From the IMG/VR virus record IMGVR_UViG_3300036886_000214, positions 445 to 64,444 of that record: 64,000 nt of DNA; one strand, given 5' to 3'. Positions 54,840 through 63,961 of the stretch are shown here, piece by piece. The number at the start of each line of letters is the position of its first letter. Position 1 is the stretch's first letter. Source of the stretch: a virus (Duplodnaviria; Caudoviricetes). The translations under genes were made by a program, and so were the position numbers. The notes beneath the pieces are model-generated. The model was given only the letters and a program-made list of their open reading frames with translations. It made no database searches and was not told the origin of the DNA.

Positions 54840-54939
54840 TGACAGCTTTATCCTGCTAATAACAGGAGACCAGTACCTCAATTAGTAGAGTACCGTTTAT
54901 CGGGAGGCTGCGGGTGCAAGTCCCGTCTGGTTGCTGTCA
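54840..54939 (+). ncRNA. rearranged tRNA-like RNA
   Basis: Outer TGACAGC/GCTGTCA helix, TCCTG-CTAATAA-CAGGA hairpin, tRNA body with stub anticodon arm. Confidence 0.6.
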
Positions 54940-55167
54940 CTCCTTAATCACCAACTGCAATGCCTCTATAACTCCTCTAATTTCCTTTTTAGTAAGTGGT
55001 ATTTTAATCATGGCATTCCCAACCTCTGGCGAGTTCGTCGCTTGGTAAGCTTTTAATGCGTAACAAAGCTTATCCCCTACGAGACTATAATCTTTTGATG
55101 CAATTAAAAAGCCACGCGAACCGAATTCCACGCGAGTGGATTGGGGGGGTAATTGTCTGGACTTCAT
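54937..55167 (-). CDS. hypothetical protein
   Basis: SD AACAGAGGA. Confidence 0.55.
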   Translation of the reverse strand: MKSRQLPPQSTRVEFGSRGFLIASKDYSLVGDKLCYALKAYQATNSPEVGNAMIKIPLTKKEIRGVIEALQLVIKE

Positions 55168-55443
55168 GTAATATTCCTCTGTTTGAAATATGACTTACAT
55201 TATTACGTTAATATGACTATACTATAACACATGATATAATCGGTCTAGGAGAATAAAATGTTTAGCAGCGGCGAACTTTATCAAGATGCTTGGGGACGAA
55301 TTTGGCCTTTTTTGCTGATATGTGTCGGAATTGTAGGGCTCATATTTTGTTTGGTTGCTACTAATATTCATATGCTAGGCAGAATCGAGGCGCTCGAAAA
55401 GGCTGCACAGCAATACTCTTCCTGTACAATATAAGAGAGCGAA

Positions 55444-55641
55444 ATGGAAAATAACGGTGTAATCCTAACCTTTATCTTTGTAATTCTAAAATTATGTGGT
55501 GTAATTTATTGGTCATGGTGGTGGGTATTTTGCCCACTTTGGCTTCCTATAGTTGCCGGAGCAATATTGTTTATATTTGCTTCAATTGTATGTTTCTCTT
55601 TGGAGTTATGGCGTGAGCTATTAAAGAGTAGGGATGCTTAA
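55444..55641 (+). CDS. small membrane protein (WSWWWV..PLW type)
   Basis: LKLCGVIYWSWWWVFCPLW, common phage membrane family. Confidence 0.7.
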   Translation: MENNGVILTFIFVILKLCGVIYWSWWWVFCPLWLPIVAGAILFIFASIVCFSLELWRELLKSRDA

Positions 55642-55815
55642 AGTATATGCCTAAAGAATACAATATTTCTTTAACAAAACCAGAGCTAGAAGAGCTAATC
55701 GACAGCCTAGAAAAAGCCTGTAAGTATGATGATTTAGTGGACCTTCCTGATGATCATATGCCTGGTGGGTGGCATAATAGATTCCATATTAGGCATAAAT
55801 TGAATGAGGCATTGA

Positions 55816-56052
55816 ATGGCTAACGAACTCCCGCTCTATTTCCAAATGCGCAACCGTCTGGCAAAGCATATTCGAGAATATATTACGATTGAAAAATGGC
55901 TTGAAGGAGGTGCAAATAGTTTGTGCCAGCAAGACCTTGATTTGCGCTTAAAGCACGGTGAAATCAGCCAATTGGATTATGATTTATGTAGTTGGCATAC
56001 CTTTAGGGAATGCGAAGAGCTGAATCGAGATATAAAACAAACCGAGTCTTAA
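55816..56052 (+). CDS. hypothetical protein
   Basis: SD GAGG. Confidence 0.5.
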   Translation: MANELPLYFQMRNRLAKHIREYITIEKWLEGGANSLCQQDLDLRLKHGEISQLDYDLCSWHTFRECEELNRDIKQTES

Positions 56053-56061
56053 CCCTTCAAT

Positions 56062-56142
56062 TGTTCGGACGTCCGAACAGCTATATACTATCCACAATCT
56101 TATCCACTAATCTTGTGGATAACCTGTGTAAGGGGTGGATAA
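56062..56142. promoter_or_regulatory. DnaA-box cluster with 18-bp palindrome
   Basis: TGTTCGGACGTCCGAACA; CTATCCACA, TTATCCACT, TGTGGATAA (perfect), GGTGGATAA. Confidence 0.7.
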
Positions 56143-56200
56143 ATGGCCAGGGCTGAAAATATTGTAAGCATTTAGCCTTGGAAGTAAGGAGACAAAGACT

Positions 56201-56398
56201 ATGAGTCAATTAGATAAACCCGCAGAAAAGAGTATTGAATATTTGTTATCAACCATTCTAAGAGTAGCTGCGCAAAAACAAGAAGCACAAGAATTTATTT
56301 ATAAGGCTGACAAGGAAATAGACCAACTTAATAAGGTAATCGAACAATTGAGAGGGAAGAGTGTTGCCGTTCCGGTTTTGCTGAAGAGGGAGAGATAG
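56201..56398 (+). CDS. coiled-coil hypothetical protein
   Basis: SD TAAGGAG. Confidence 0.6.
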   Translation: MSQLDKPAEKSIEYLLSTILRVAAQKQEAQEFIYKADKEIDQLNKVIEQLRGKSVAVPVLLKRER

Positions 56399-56871
56399 TG
56401 AGCTGTTTTTATTTAGCCGATATTAACTATGATTACATGCTAACTTGGGCTGCGAGACATCAATACAAAGTATATCCTCAATCTTCCAGAAAATTGCCCG
56501 GGGTGAATGAAGAGGGTATATTAAAATTTAGCCTAGATAATCTAGATGCTTTAAACTTTATTGGAAATGAGCTTAAAGAATGCAACTTTAGGCGCGTTAA
56601 TGAATATTATGGTGAAAATAAAGAATGCTCTAAATATGTTTTTAAAGAATATCCCGGGGAAACGCTCGATGTTTGGGCTTATCAATTAGCGAGATGCTAT
56701 AAATATCAAACAGAAGAAGAGTGTAATCGAATTGTAGATGCTTTTTTGGACACTATTGAACATTATGCTGTTCTGAATGTGCTTGAAGCGAATGGGCTAA
56801 AAGATGCACCATGGGGCTTAATGGATGGGGAAGAGTGTTTTAGGCCATTAATATTAGGAGTTATCAAATGA
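56398..56871 (+). CDS. hypothetical phage protein
   Basis: Coupled; CYKYQ...APWG. Confidence 0.6.
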   Translation: MSCFYLADINYDYMLTWAARHQYKVYPQSSRKLPGVNEEGILKFSLDNLDALNFIGNELKECNFRRVNEYYGENKECSKYVFKEYPGETLDVWAYQLARCYKYQTEEECNRIVDAFLDTIEHYAVLNVLEANGLKDAPWGLMDGEECFRPLILGVIK

Positions 56872-57074
56872 TAGACCACGAAGAAACTGAATGCCAAATG
56901 TGTGATGCGCCGTTTGAGACTCTGCCTACAGCACTTGGAGGCCGACTCGTTTGTGATGTTTGCTTTTGTCTTGATAACACGGAAGAAAGCACCAATGATG
57001 TTGTCAGAAGAAAAGATTTGGTTGAGGCTGTGAGATTGATTTTGGATACGATTAGGGGCCTGAAGGAGGTCTAA
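56868..57074 (+). CDS. small zinc-finger protein
   Basis: CQMC...CDVC; SD AGGAG. Confidence 0.55.
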   Translation: MIDHEETECQMCDAPFETLPTALGGRLVCDVCFCLDNTEESTNDVVRRKDLVEAVRLILDTIRGLKEV

Positions 57075-57327
57075 ATTCTTTTTCCTCAGAAGCTTTTTGG
57101 ATTTTAAGTTTAGCTGCAATGGCATTTAACATCTCTAGTTCTGCTTTTTCAACCTCATCATCGGATGACCCTTCTGAATCAGCATCATAGGATAAAGCTT
57201 CTTTGCAATGTTCATCAATTGAGCGAGTAATTAAAGAAACTAAAGATGGGACTGCCGAACTAAATTGCGGAAGGAAAGGAGGCGCGGAAGCTAAATTGCC
57301 TTCTATCTTAGGGTTTGGTGTGCTCAC
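57052..57327 (-). CDS. hypothetical protein
   Basis: Coupled minus-strand array. Confidence 0.5.
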   Translation of the reverse strand: MSTPNPKIEGNLASAPPFLPQFSSAVPSLVSLITRSIDEHCKEALSYDADSEGSSDDEVEKAELEMLNAIAAKLKIQKASEEKEFRPPSGP

Positions 57328-57611
57328 AGCATTCTCCTCTCTTTAAAAATATCAATTAATAAAATTGCTAAATCTGCCACTGCATAATCGCTTAAATAAT
57401 CCCGATTAATATTTAACAATCTTTTTTGTTCTAAATAGGTACAGATGCAACGCTCTTCTAAGGATTCTTTACATTCTGCTAGCATTTTTTCTATATGCTC
57501 AGGGGTAGATTCAGCAGCTTCTAGCATTGTCTTAACTACTTCTAAATGAAGTTTGACCATCTCATGATTGATTTGGTTCAGATTGTATTCATTAACAAGG
57601 CTCGTCGTCAT
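57324..57611 (-). CDS. hypothetical protein
   Basis: Coupled minus-strand array. Confidence 0.5.
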   Translation of the reverse strand: MTTSLVNEYNLNQINHEMVKLHLEVVKTMLEAAESTPEHIEKMLAECKESLEERCICTYLEQKRLLNINRDYLSDYAVADLAILLIDIFKERRML

Positions 57612-57813
57612 TCTCGTCTCCCCAATTCATTTCCATAATTCTATCTGCTAATGCCGAAGACTTGTCGACACCCGCACATTTTCTTCTAATTAAAACGCCA
57701 GCGCAATATTTTATTAAGGCATGGAGCTCATCATCGTTGAGATTGGCATCGCGATCATCTATGGCTAAGATGAGCTCTATTAAGGCAGATTTGGATTCTA
57801 AGGTTGATTTCAT
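57592..57813 (-). CDS. hypothetical protein
   Basis: Coupled minus-strand array. Confidence 0.5.
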   Translation of the reverse strand: MKSTLESKSALIELILAIDDRDANLNDDELHALIKYCAGVLIRRKCAGVDKSSALADRIMEMNWGDENDDEPC

Positions 57814-57867
57814 GTGGCGATTCTATCATGAGTTCCATTTTGGAACAGGTTGGGTTTTTGTACAGCT

Positions 57868-58143
57868 TCAGATAATTTCACGCTTCATTTCCTCTCCCCG
57901 ATGTTCCTTTAGCTTTTCAATCAGAATCCCAATGAAATCACTCGCAGCGATTGGAATCTCGCCAAAATATTCTTCTTTTTCATAACCGCCAAAAGTAATA
58001 TAAAGCTGTGAAGGATAGCAACAGCCTGAACATTCACAATGATGCAGCTCTAGCCGATATTTATCGCCTTCGATTTCAATTTCTAGGTTGGTGGTGGACA
58101 TGCTTACTCCAAAAGGGCCTTGAGTTTCTGAATGTTCTCCCAT
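57868..58143 (-). CDS. hypothetical protein
   Basis: CECSGCC motif; start uncertain. Confidence 0.45.
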   Translation of the reverse strand: MGEHSETQGPFGVSMSTTNLEIEIEGDKYRLELHHCECSGCCYPSQLYITFGGYEKEEYFGEIPIAASDFIGILIEKLKEHRGEEMKREII

Positions 58144-59072
58144 ACCTCTTTGAAACCGGATTCGCCTTTCCTGTGAGACAAAACAACATCAGCTCCAGCC
58201 ATGGTTAGTTCTCTTATATCAATATACCAATGGTTTAAATCACCCTCCCCAGGGCAACGAAGAGTCCATCCCTTTTGCTCGCACAATTCCCTCACTCGGG
58301 ATTCATAGGGGCCAGCTCGCCAAAACAAATCACGAGCTTTCTTGGCTAGACGTAGATCGTGCAAAGCAATTCCATAGTTTTCGAAATATAGAGCGCGGGG
58401 TCCGTCATCAGAAGTAATTTTAATTCGAGAAGTGACTTCGTTTGAAAGCGTTAATCCATTTTGCTCACAGAATTCTTGTAGTTCTTTTTTGGACTTGTCT
58501 TTCTCACTTAGCTTTAAGCCTATAAAGAGATGAGCACAAGCATCTTCTTTTGAGCCAACAAAAGAGCCGCTTTGCCATTCTTGAAGGTTGGAAAAGCCTA
58601 TAGTGGGGATTTTTATGCCATTAGAAACGGAGACATACCCGCTCTTAAGTCCCCTATCCCAAAAAGAAAAAATATAACTATTCTCTGCGCAATAGGCTTT
58701 GAGGGCGTCTTCGTGGGGTGTTGAGGGCTTAGGAGTTTGAGAGGGGGTCCAGCTCAAATTCAAGCATTTTAGAAGCGCTTCACATACATCTTCAGCAGTT
58801 CTGGCTTCGGTTCCTCCTATCCAACTAGAATCAGATTCTCTAAACCACTTGCCAGACCATTTATGTTTCAAATAATCGTATTCAAGCCTAAATTTTATTC
58901 CCCGGAAATAACAGTAATCGGTTAATTGTTGTAAATAGGTTTTTTTTCCAAACATTTTAGCCTCCTTGGTTTGTTGATAGTCGAATTCTGCATCATGCAA
59001 AATCCAGTCGATTTCAGATTGAGTAAATCTTTTAGCTATATAATCGTTGAAGGATTTAGGATTCATAATCAA
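58104..59072 (-). CDS. multi-repeat hypothetical protein
   Basis: Recurrent L.(D/A/E)(Y/F/L)C...G/S domain starts. Confidence 0.6.
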   Translation of the reverse strand: MIMNPKSFNDYIAKRFTQSEIDWILHDAEFDYQQTKEAKMFGKKTYLQQLTDYCYFRGIKFRLEYDYLKHKWSGKWFRESDSSWIGGTEARTAEDVCEALLKCLNLSWTPSQTPKPSTPHEDALKAYCAENSYIFSFWDRGLKSGYVSVSNGIKIPTIGFSNLQEWQSGSFVGSKEDACAHLFIGLKLSEKDKSKKELQEFCEQNGLTLSNEVTSRIKITSDDGPRALYFENYGIALHDLRLAKKARDLFWRAGPYESRVRELCEQKGWTLRCPGEGDLNHWYIDIRELTMAGADVVLSHRKGESGFKEVWENIQKLKALLE

Positions 59073-59337
59073 TCAAAGCCTGTAATTTTTCAATCAGGGG
59101 ATTCGAATAACCTTCATCATAAGTTTCAAAGCATTTTAGGCCGTAGATGATGTCTTCGATATCGCCTTTAGTAATAGAAAGGTGTCTCATTTCCCTAACG
59201 TCGTTATTCATTTTGATTGTCGTAAAGGCCTCAGCCAGAAGATATTGCGCCCTAATATTTTCCTCAGTCTTCTGTTGCTGCTCCTTCTCATTAGCCTCTA
59301 GAAGCTTTAAAGTCTCATCGCTGATTAGTGGTTTCAT
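59056..59337 (-). CDS. hypothetical protein
   Basis: Likely start MKPLIS after previous stop. Confidence 0.5.
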   Translation of the reverse strand: MKPLISDETLKLLEANEKEQQQKTEENIRAQYLLAEAFTTIKMNNDVREMRHLSITKGDIEDIIYGLKCFETYDEGYSNPLIEKLQALIDYES

Positions 59338-59338
59338 T

Positions 59339-59710
59339 TTATTTTGAATTCCGTTGATTTGTAATGCTTCGACATTCATTAAATTCCAATGAACCACCAT
59401 AATAACCGTTGCTGCTATTTCTAAAGTCGATTGTGCAAGATCCTTTGCATGTGTTTAGGTCATAATTATAAACTTGAAGCCATTCGTGTTCTTCTTCTTG
59501 CCTTCCATCGATATCTTTTTCATCAACAGAAATAATGGTTTCACCAATCAGATTATCCAAATCCTCAATGCTCTCAATCCAAGAGTAGCTACAACACTCT
59601 GCGTGGGCTTCGTAGTGAAGCTTTTCGCCATCAGAAGTATTGAATTCAATCCAGCACTTATCTGGGTCGAGATTGAAGCCGGAGATGGTTTTTCCGATTA
59701 GTTGTTCCAT
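59339..59710 (-). CDS. conserved acidic phage protein
   Basis: LIGKTI, ECCSYSWIE, SNGYYGG. Confidence 0.7.
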   Translation of the reverse strand: MEQLIGKTISGFNLDPDKCWIEFNTSDGEKLHYEAHAECCSYSWIESIEDLDNLIGETIISVDEKDIDGRQEEEHEWLQVYNYDLNTCKGSCTIDFRNSSNGYYGGSLEFNECRSITNQRNSK

Positions 59711-59922
59711 AAACTATCTCTCAAACGTTTAAGTTTTAGATTTACAGCAAAGAAACCAAATGTTAAAATGGCTATAAAATAAAGCGGGGCGTATCTACTA
59801 ATATCCCCATAATTAATCAAATAGATTGCGGCCAATAAATACAAACAAGAAACGATAAGAATGTTATCAACACTTTTAATTATTTCTGAAAAATTATGGT
59901 GGTTCATTTTTATTTGCCTCAA
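59698..59922 (-). CDS. two-TM membrane protein
   Basis: Two hydrophobic segments, basic C-tail. Confidence 0.5.
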   Translation of the reverse strand: MRQIKMNHHNFSEIIKSVDNILIVSCLYLLAAIYLINYGDISRYAPLYFIAILTFGFFAVNLKLKRLRDSLWNN

Positions 59923-60027
59923 TTAAAAAAGAAAGAGCCAACCATAACAACTGACTCTTTTAATTTGGAGATTCCAATCATGCCGATTGGAGAGGGTATG
60001 GTATAGAATTGGAGGGATGGGGTCAAG

Positions 60028-60078
60028 GGGGAAGCACCGGGGAAGCACCGGGGAAGCACCGGGGAAGCACCGGGGAAG
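60028..60078 (+). repeat. 11-bp tandem repeat x4.6
   Basis: (GGGGAAGCACC)4 GGGGAAG. Confidence 0.9.
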
Positions 60079-60094
60079 TTGGGATATTTGAGAG

Positions 60095-60373
60095 CTATTT
60101 TTCTGGCTTATAAATATCGCCGTGAATAGGATGAAGAAAGGGTTGAGAAAGGTGATCGAGTTTTTGAAACTGGTCGAGCCAAGAATCTAAGTCTTCTTTG
60201 AGATATCTAACTGTGCGTCCGATTTTTATGAATTTTAGGGTAGGGATTTTTCCTTCTCTAGGGCCTTCGACGCGTGCATGGCGTAACCAAGATTCGCTCA
60301 TGCCAATGTATATAGCGGCTTCAGAAGTAGTAAATGCTCTAGGGGGTAATTCGCTCTTCATGATAATGCTCAA
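60095..60373 (-). CDS. excisionase-like HTH (MerR/HTH_17) protein
   Basis: FTTSEAAIYIGMSESWLR..FIKIGRTVRYLKEDLDSW. Confidence 0.85.
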   Translation of the reverse strand: MSIIMKSELPPRAFTTSEAAIYIGMSESWLRHARVEGPREGKIPTLKFIKIGRTVRYLKEDLDSWLDQFQKLDHLSQPFLHPIHGDIYKPEK

Positions 60374-60675
60374 TGTGTAGGGTGGTGCAAGAATATGTTA
60401 TTGGGGCTTTAGAAGTAAATAATTAATTATATGGTAGAAAAATGACTTAATACATAGCCCTATACCTGTATTCCTAATACCAATATTGAGATAAGGGGGA
60501 AGGTATATAAAAATTGTGGACTAAGTGAGAAAGTGGACTACGATTTCTAAATATTTTATGTGAGATGTGGGAGTGGGTAGATAGATATATTTCTTTCTGA
60601 AAAGGGGGGGTCGATGATGCATAGGTAGTCGCCCCACTACCATATAACTATATGAGTAAGTCGATTGAGTCTCTG

Positions 60676-61329
60676 TTAGTCTGGCCAGAAGCCGTCGAAC
60701 CTGCCGGGAGACAGTGCGGTGTATAGTGCAGTGCTCTCTATACTCCTATGCCCTAGGTACTGTTGTATCGCTCTAGTGTCTGTCCCCTTACAAGCCAAGT
60801 AGTAACCGCACGCGTGACGCAGCATGTGCGGGTGTATGCTCATGCCTAGCTTAGCTATATCGCCAGCCCTTGCGACTATCTGATGGACTGTGCGTATGGT
60901 CATTGGCGTACCAAGTTCAGTGATGAAGACGTAGGCATGGTCTGGGTGCTCACGCCTCAGTGCTCTCAGTGCTCTCAGTGTTGGCCCGTGTAGTGGGTGG
61001 TTGGTGCTTATACCACACTTAGAGCGGTTCACATGGATGGTGGCTTGCATGAAGTCTACTTGCGCCCACTTAAGCGCACAGGCTTCGGAAGCTCTCAGGC
61101 CATGCCTATACATGACTAGAATAAGCGTATCGTCTCTGTGGCCATTCCTGCCGGTATTACGGGCAGCTTTGCGTAGGCTATCTACTTCATGGCTGGCTAG
61201 ATGCTCGCGTGGTCTTGTAAGCTTATTGGTTGATCTTCGATACTTTACCATTACTTGAGCTTGGTCTATCTCTGTTGACATTGGTTTGACTCCCATTATA
61301 TCTAGATGTAGTAATGGGAACTTTACCAT
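60676..61329 (-). CDS. FimB/FimE-like tyrosine recombinase
   Basis: HGLRASE (R), RSK (K), HPHMLRH (HxxR), YLGH, Y; catalytic domain only. Confidence 0.9.
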   Translation of the reverse strand: MVKFPLLHLDIMGVKPMSTEIDQAQVMVKYRRSTNKLTRPREHLASHEVDSLRKAARNTGRNGHRDDTLILVMYRHGLRASEACALKWAQVDFMQATIHVNRSKCGISTNHPLHGPTLRALRALRREHPDHAYVFITELGTPMTIRTVHQIVARAGDIAKLGMSIHPHMLRHACGYYLACKGTDTRAIQQYLGHRSIESTALYTALSPGRFDGFWPD

Positions 61330-61714
61330 TAGTTGTAAGTAATGGCAATCTTATTTGATGGGATCTTGGGTGGTGCTCAGCCTGTTTTCGTGGGGTAATC
61401 TAAGGAACAGCCATTGCCCTTATAATCACACAGGCTGAGCGTGGTCAGGATATAGGCCGCTGGGGATTTAGGCAAGGGCTGGACAGGATGTGTTGTTTTG
61501 TGTAATTCTCCCCCCTTCCAGAGCCTATATGATAGTGGGAAGCTCTCAAGGGATGATTTAGTAGCCATTAAGGGGTTATGTGATGACCTTCTAGTGGTGG
61601 AGGGCAATAAGCCATGAACGACTATCACATATACCTACACCTAGAGCTAAGCATGACTCTATACTTCATCCTTGGCATTCTTATTGGAACGTATTGTTAC
61701 AGGGCGGTTAAGAA

Positions 61715-61972
61715 ATGACCCCAGAGGAACAAATTGCGATTAACAAGAAGGTTTTAGAGCCGGGCCATATAATCCAGATAGTCACCCATGAAAACCCTAT
61801 CTGGGTTGCTTCTCTCTTTATAGTGGATGAGGTTAAGTCTTGGGGTTGTCAGGCTTATAGTCCCTCACCGGGTAAGGGTACTATATGGATGCGGTTTGAC
61901 TGGAAGGAGTTTGTTATTGTGGGTGAGGCGGTCATGCTAGTAACGAAGGGCGAGGAAGGAGAGCAAGAGTGA
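61715..61972 (+). CDS. conserved hypothetical protein
   Basis: IVDEVKSWGCQAY. Confidence 0.6.
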   Translation: MTPEEQIAINKKVLEPGHIIQIVTHENPIWVASLFIVDEVKSWGCQAYSPSPGKGTIWMRFDWKEFVIVGEAVMLVTKGEEGEQE

Positions 61973-62117
61973 TAGACACAACCGATATAGAGGGCTTTGT
62001 AAAACAAGCGATTGATCGAGTTATGGGTCTAGAAGATGGGGCGGGTTATAAGCCGATAAGCCAGAAGGAAAGGGAAGCTTTAGAGGCTGAGATAAGGGGG
62101 TTTCTGGAGGGTGGAAA

Positions 62118-62339
62118 GTGAGCGGTGAGTTCGAGGGTTTGACAGAGAGTCCGTGTGATATTAATACCTCAGTGATTAAGAATAAGGAAACGGGCAAGAG
62201 GGCCGTTGTGATTCACCATGGGGAAATTGCGTGGCTTTTGTATCCAGAGCAAGCTAGGACATTGGTAAAGACCTTAAACGACCTTTTGTTAAAGATTGTA
62301 GAGTTGGACCAGGCTGAGAAGGGTTGGTCAATTCAGTGA
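62118..62339 (+). CDS. hypothetical protein
   Basis: SD GGAGGG, GTG start. Confidence 0.55.
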   Translation: MSGEFEGLTESPCDINTSVIKNKETGKRAVVIHHGEIAWLLYPEQARTLVKTLNDLLLKIVELDQAEKGWSIQ

Positions 62340-62599
62340 ATACAAAAGAAAATATAGAAGAAACTCTTAGAAATATAAAAAGTGGTATAGAAGTAAAGCG
62401 CGACTTAGAAGCTAGACTAACAAATGAAATAAATCTGAGTAATAATGACCCAACAAGAGATCTATATTTTCAAGATATAGACCGCGCACACGACCCCAAA
62501 CTGACATTAGTGGCATCAATAAATAATATGAAAGGGATTATTGAAAGGGACGAAGCGTTGCTTGAGAGACTCAGACCAACCAGTAGATTGGCACGTTAG
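62324..62599 (+). CDS. hypothetical protein
   Basis: Co-directional ORF; start uncertain. Confidence 0.45.
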   Translation: MVNSVNTKENIEETLRNIKSGIEVKRDLEARLTNEINLSNNDPTRDLYFQDIDRAHDPKLTLVASINNMKGIIERDEALLERLRPTSRLAR

Positions 62600-63310
62600 T
62601 AAATCCTCATACTATTTTGACCTTTTTCCTTGCATTACCTTGACAAGTCTACTATCTATATAGATAGGGGCTTTAGGCCCTATCTCTTAATTCCCCTTTC
62701 CGCCCCTGCCTGCCCCGGTTGGCTTCTCTCGGGAGAGAGAGACAAAGAGGGGGAAGGGAGAGAGAGGAAAGATAATTAGCCTTTAAGAGCAATAAGAATA
62801 AAAATAAGTACTGATAAAAGCACCCATAAAAAAACCATTTCCACAATCGATCGAAAAATCAAACCTATCGTGACTTTTTTTTCTTTAGAAAAAGAACGAT
62901 GGATACTACCAATAAACAAAGCGAGACAAAAAGGGATAAATAGAAAGCCCATGATGCCGAGCATTAATGATGAACCTTTTTGTTTAAAGCTTTCCTAATT
63001 TTGTTAGCAATTTCGGTATCGGTTCTGATTCGAAAAAGGACGGTTTTAAGGTCTTGAACTAATTCATTCCTAGTGGCATCGCCTAAAATTGTCTCCCAAT
63101 ATTCTTCGATTTCTAAGTGCGCCAGCTTCCTTTGCATGATTACCTATCCTGTGTTGATCCATGCATCGTATTTTACAAGAAAAGTATCTGAGTTTCCTAG
63201 GGGGAATTGCTATTTTATTATGTTATTATTTGGATTATTTTTAGGTCGCATACTTGCAGCTTAGTAAATCAGCTTAGATTAAGTTATAGCATAGACTTTG
63301 GGTAAGTGAA

Positions 63311-63652
63311 ATGGGATATCAGAAAAAGATAATAAAGGTCTGCAAGAAACATGGCCCTTTAACCAGAAAAGAAATAAGGAAAGAAGGCAAGAGCGGATTA
63401 AAGCGACAATTAGTTTGCAAGGCTTGTGGGAGAGAAAAGTCAAAAAGATATTATGAGAAGGGTAAACAAAAACCTCTAAGTGAGCAGAGGAAGAAAAAGG
63501 AACGCACAGACTTGAAAGATAGTTATGTAAGGGAACTTTTGTATCACTACACAAACCTATCAGCCAAAGATATTCCCGATTGGATGGTGACACTAAAAAG
63601 GACATCACTAGAGGTCAAGAGGCTACAAAAGAAAGCAAAAGAGGCTGGCTAG
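63311..63652 (+). CDS. zinc-ribbon basic protein (family A, copy 3)
   Basis: CKKHGPL...CKAC; YVRELL...LSAKDIP..VTLKR. Confidence 0.7.
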   Translation: MGYQKKIIKVCKKHGPLTRKEIRKEGKSGLKRQLVCKACGREKSKRYYEKGKQKPLSEQRKKKERTDLKDSYVRELLYHYTNLSAKDIPDWMVTLKRTSLEVKRLQKKAKEAG

Positions 63653-63670
63653 TTTATTCCCCGGGGAATA

Positions 63671-63961
63671 TTAATGGAAAATCTTTGATATATTCTCGTC
63701 GCGACTTACTTTTTCTAAGCTATGCCCTTCTTTTTGGACGTCTTCCCACTTACCCTTAATTACCCTCAGCACTTCTTTAAGGGCATGATTGGATAAATCG
63801 CTAGCTACCGTTTCGGACCATTGGAGACTTCCGGGAATAGACACGTGCGAATGCTCATGTCCTGAAATTTGAGCAGATATATTAATTATTAAGCAGGATT
63901 TCCGGATAAAGTCTATATAAGCATCTACTAAAGTGCTTTCTAAATTTTTTATAATCAGCAT
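63671..63961 (-). CDS. hypothetical protein
   Basis: SD TAAGGA. Confidence 0.45.
   Translation of the reverse strand: MLIIKNLESTLVDAYIDFIRKSCLIINISAQISGHEHSHVSIPGSLQWSETVASDLSNHALKEVLRVIKGKWEDVQKEGHSLEKVSRDENISKIFH

Noticed and set aside
55188-55212. Possible dif/Xer site (TTACGTTAATA)
   Set aside because: Only a partial XerD-like arm; no XerC arm at correct spacing.
60028-60078. Possible CRISPR array
   Set aside because: Contiguous 11-bp units with no spacers and no cas genes.
62690-62772. Polypyrimidine/polypurine tract (triplex candidate)
   Set aside because: No clear mirror symmetry; lies between convergent genes with no other support.
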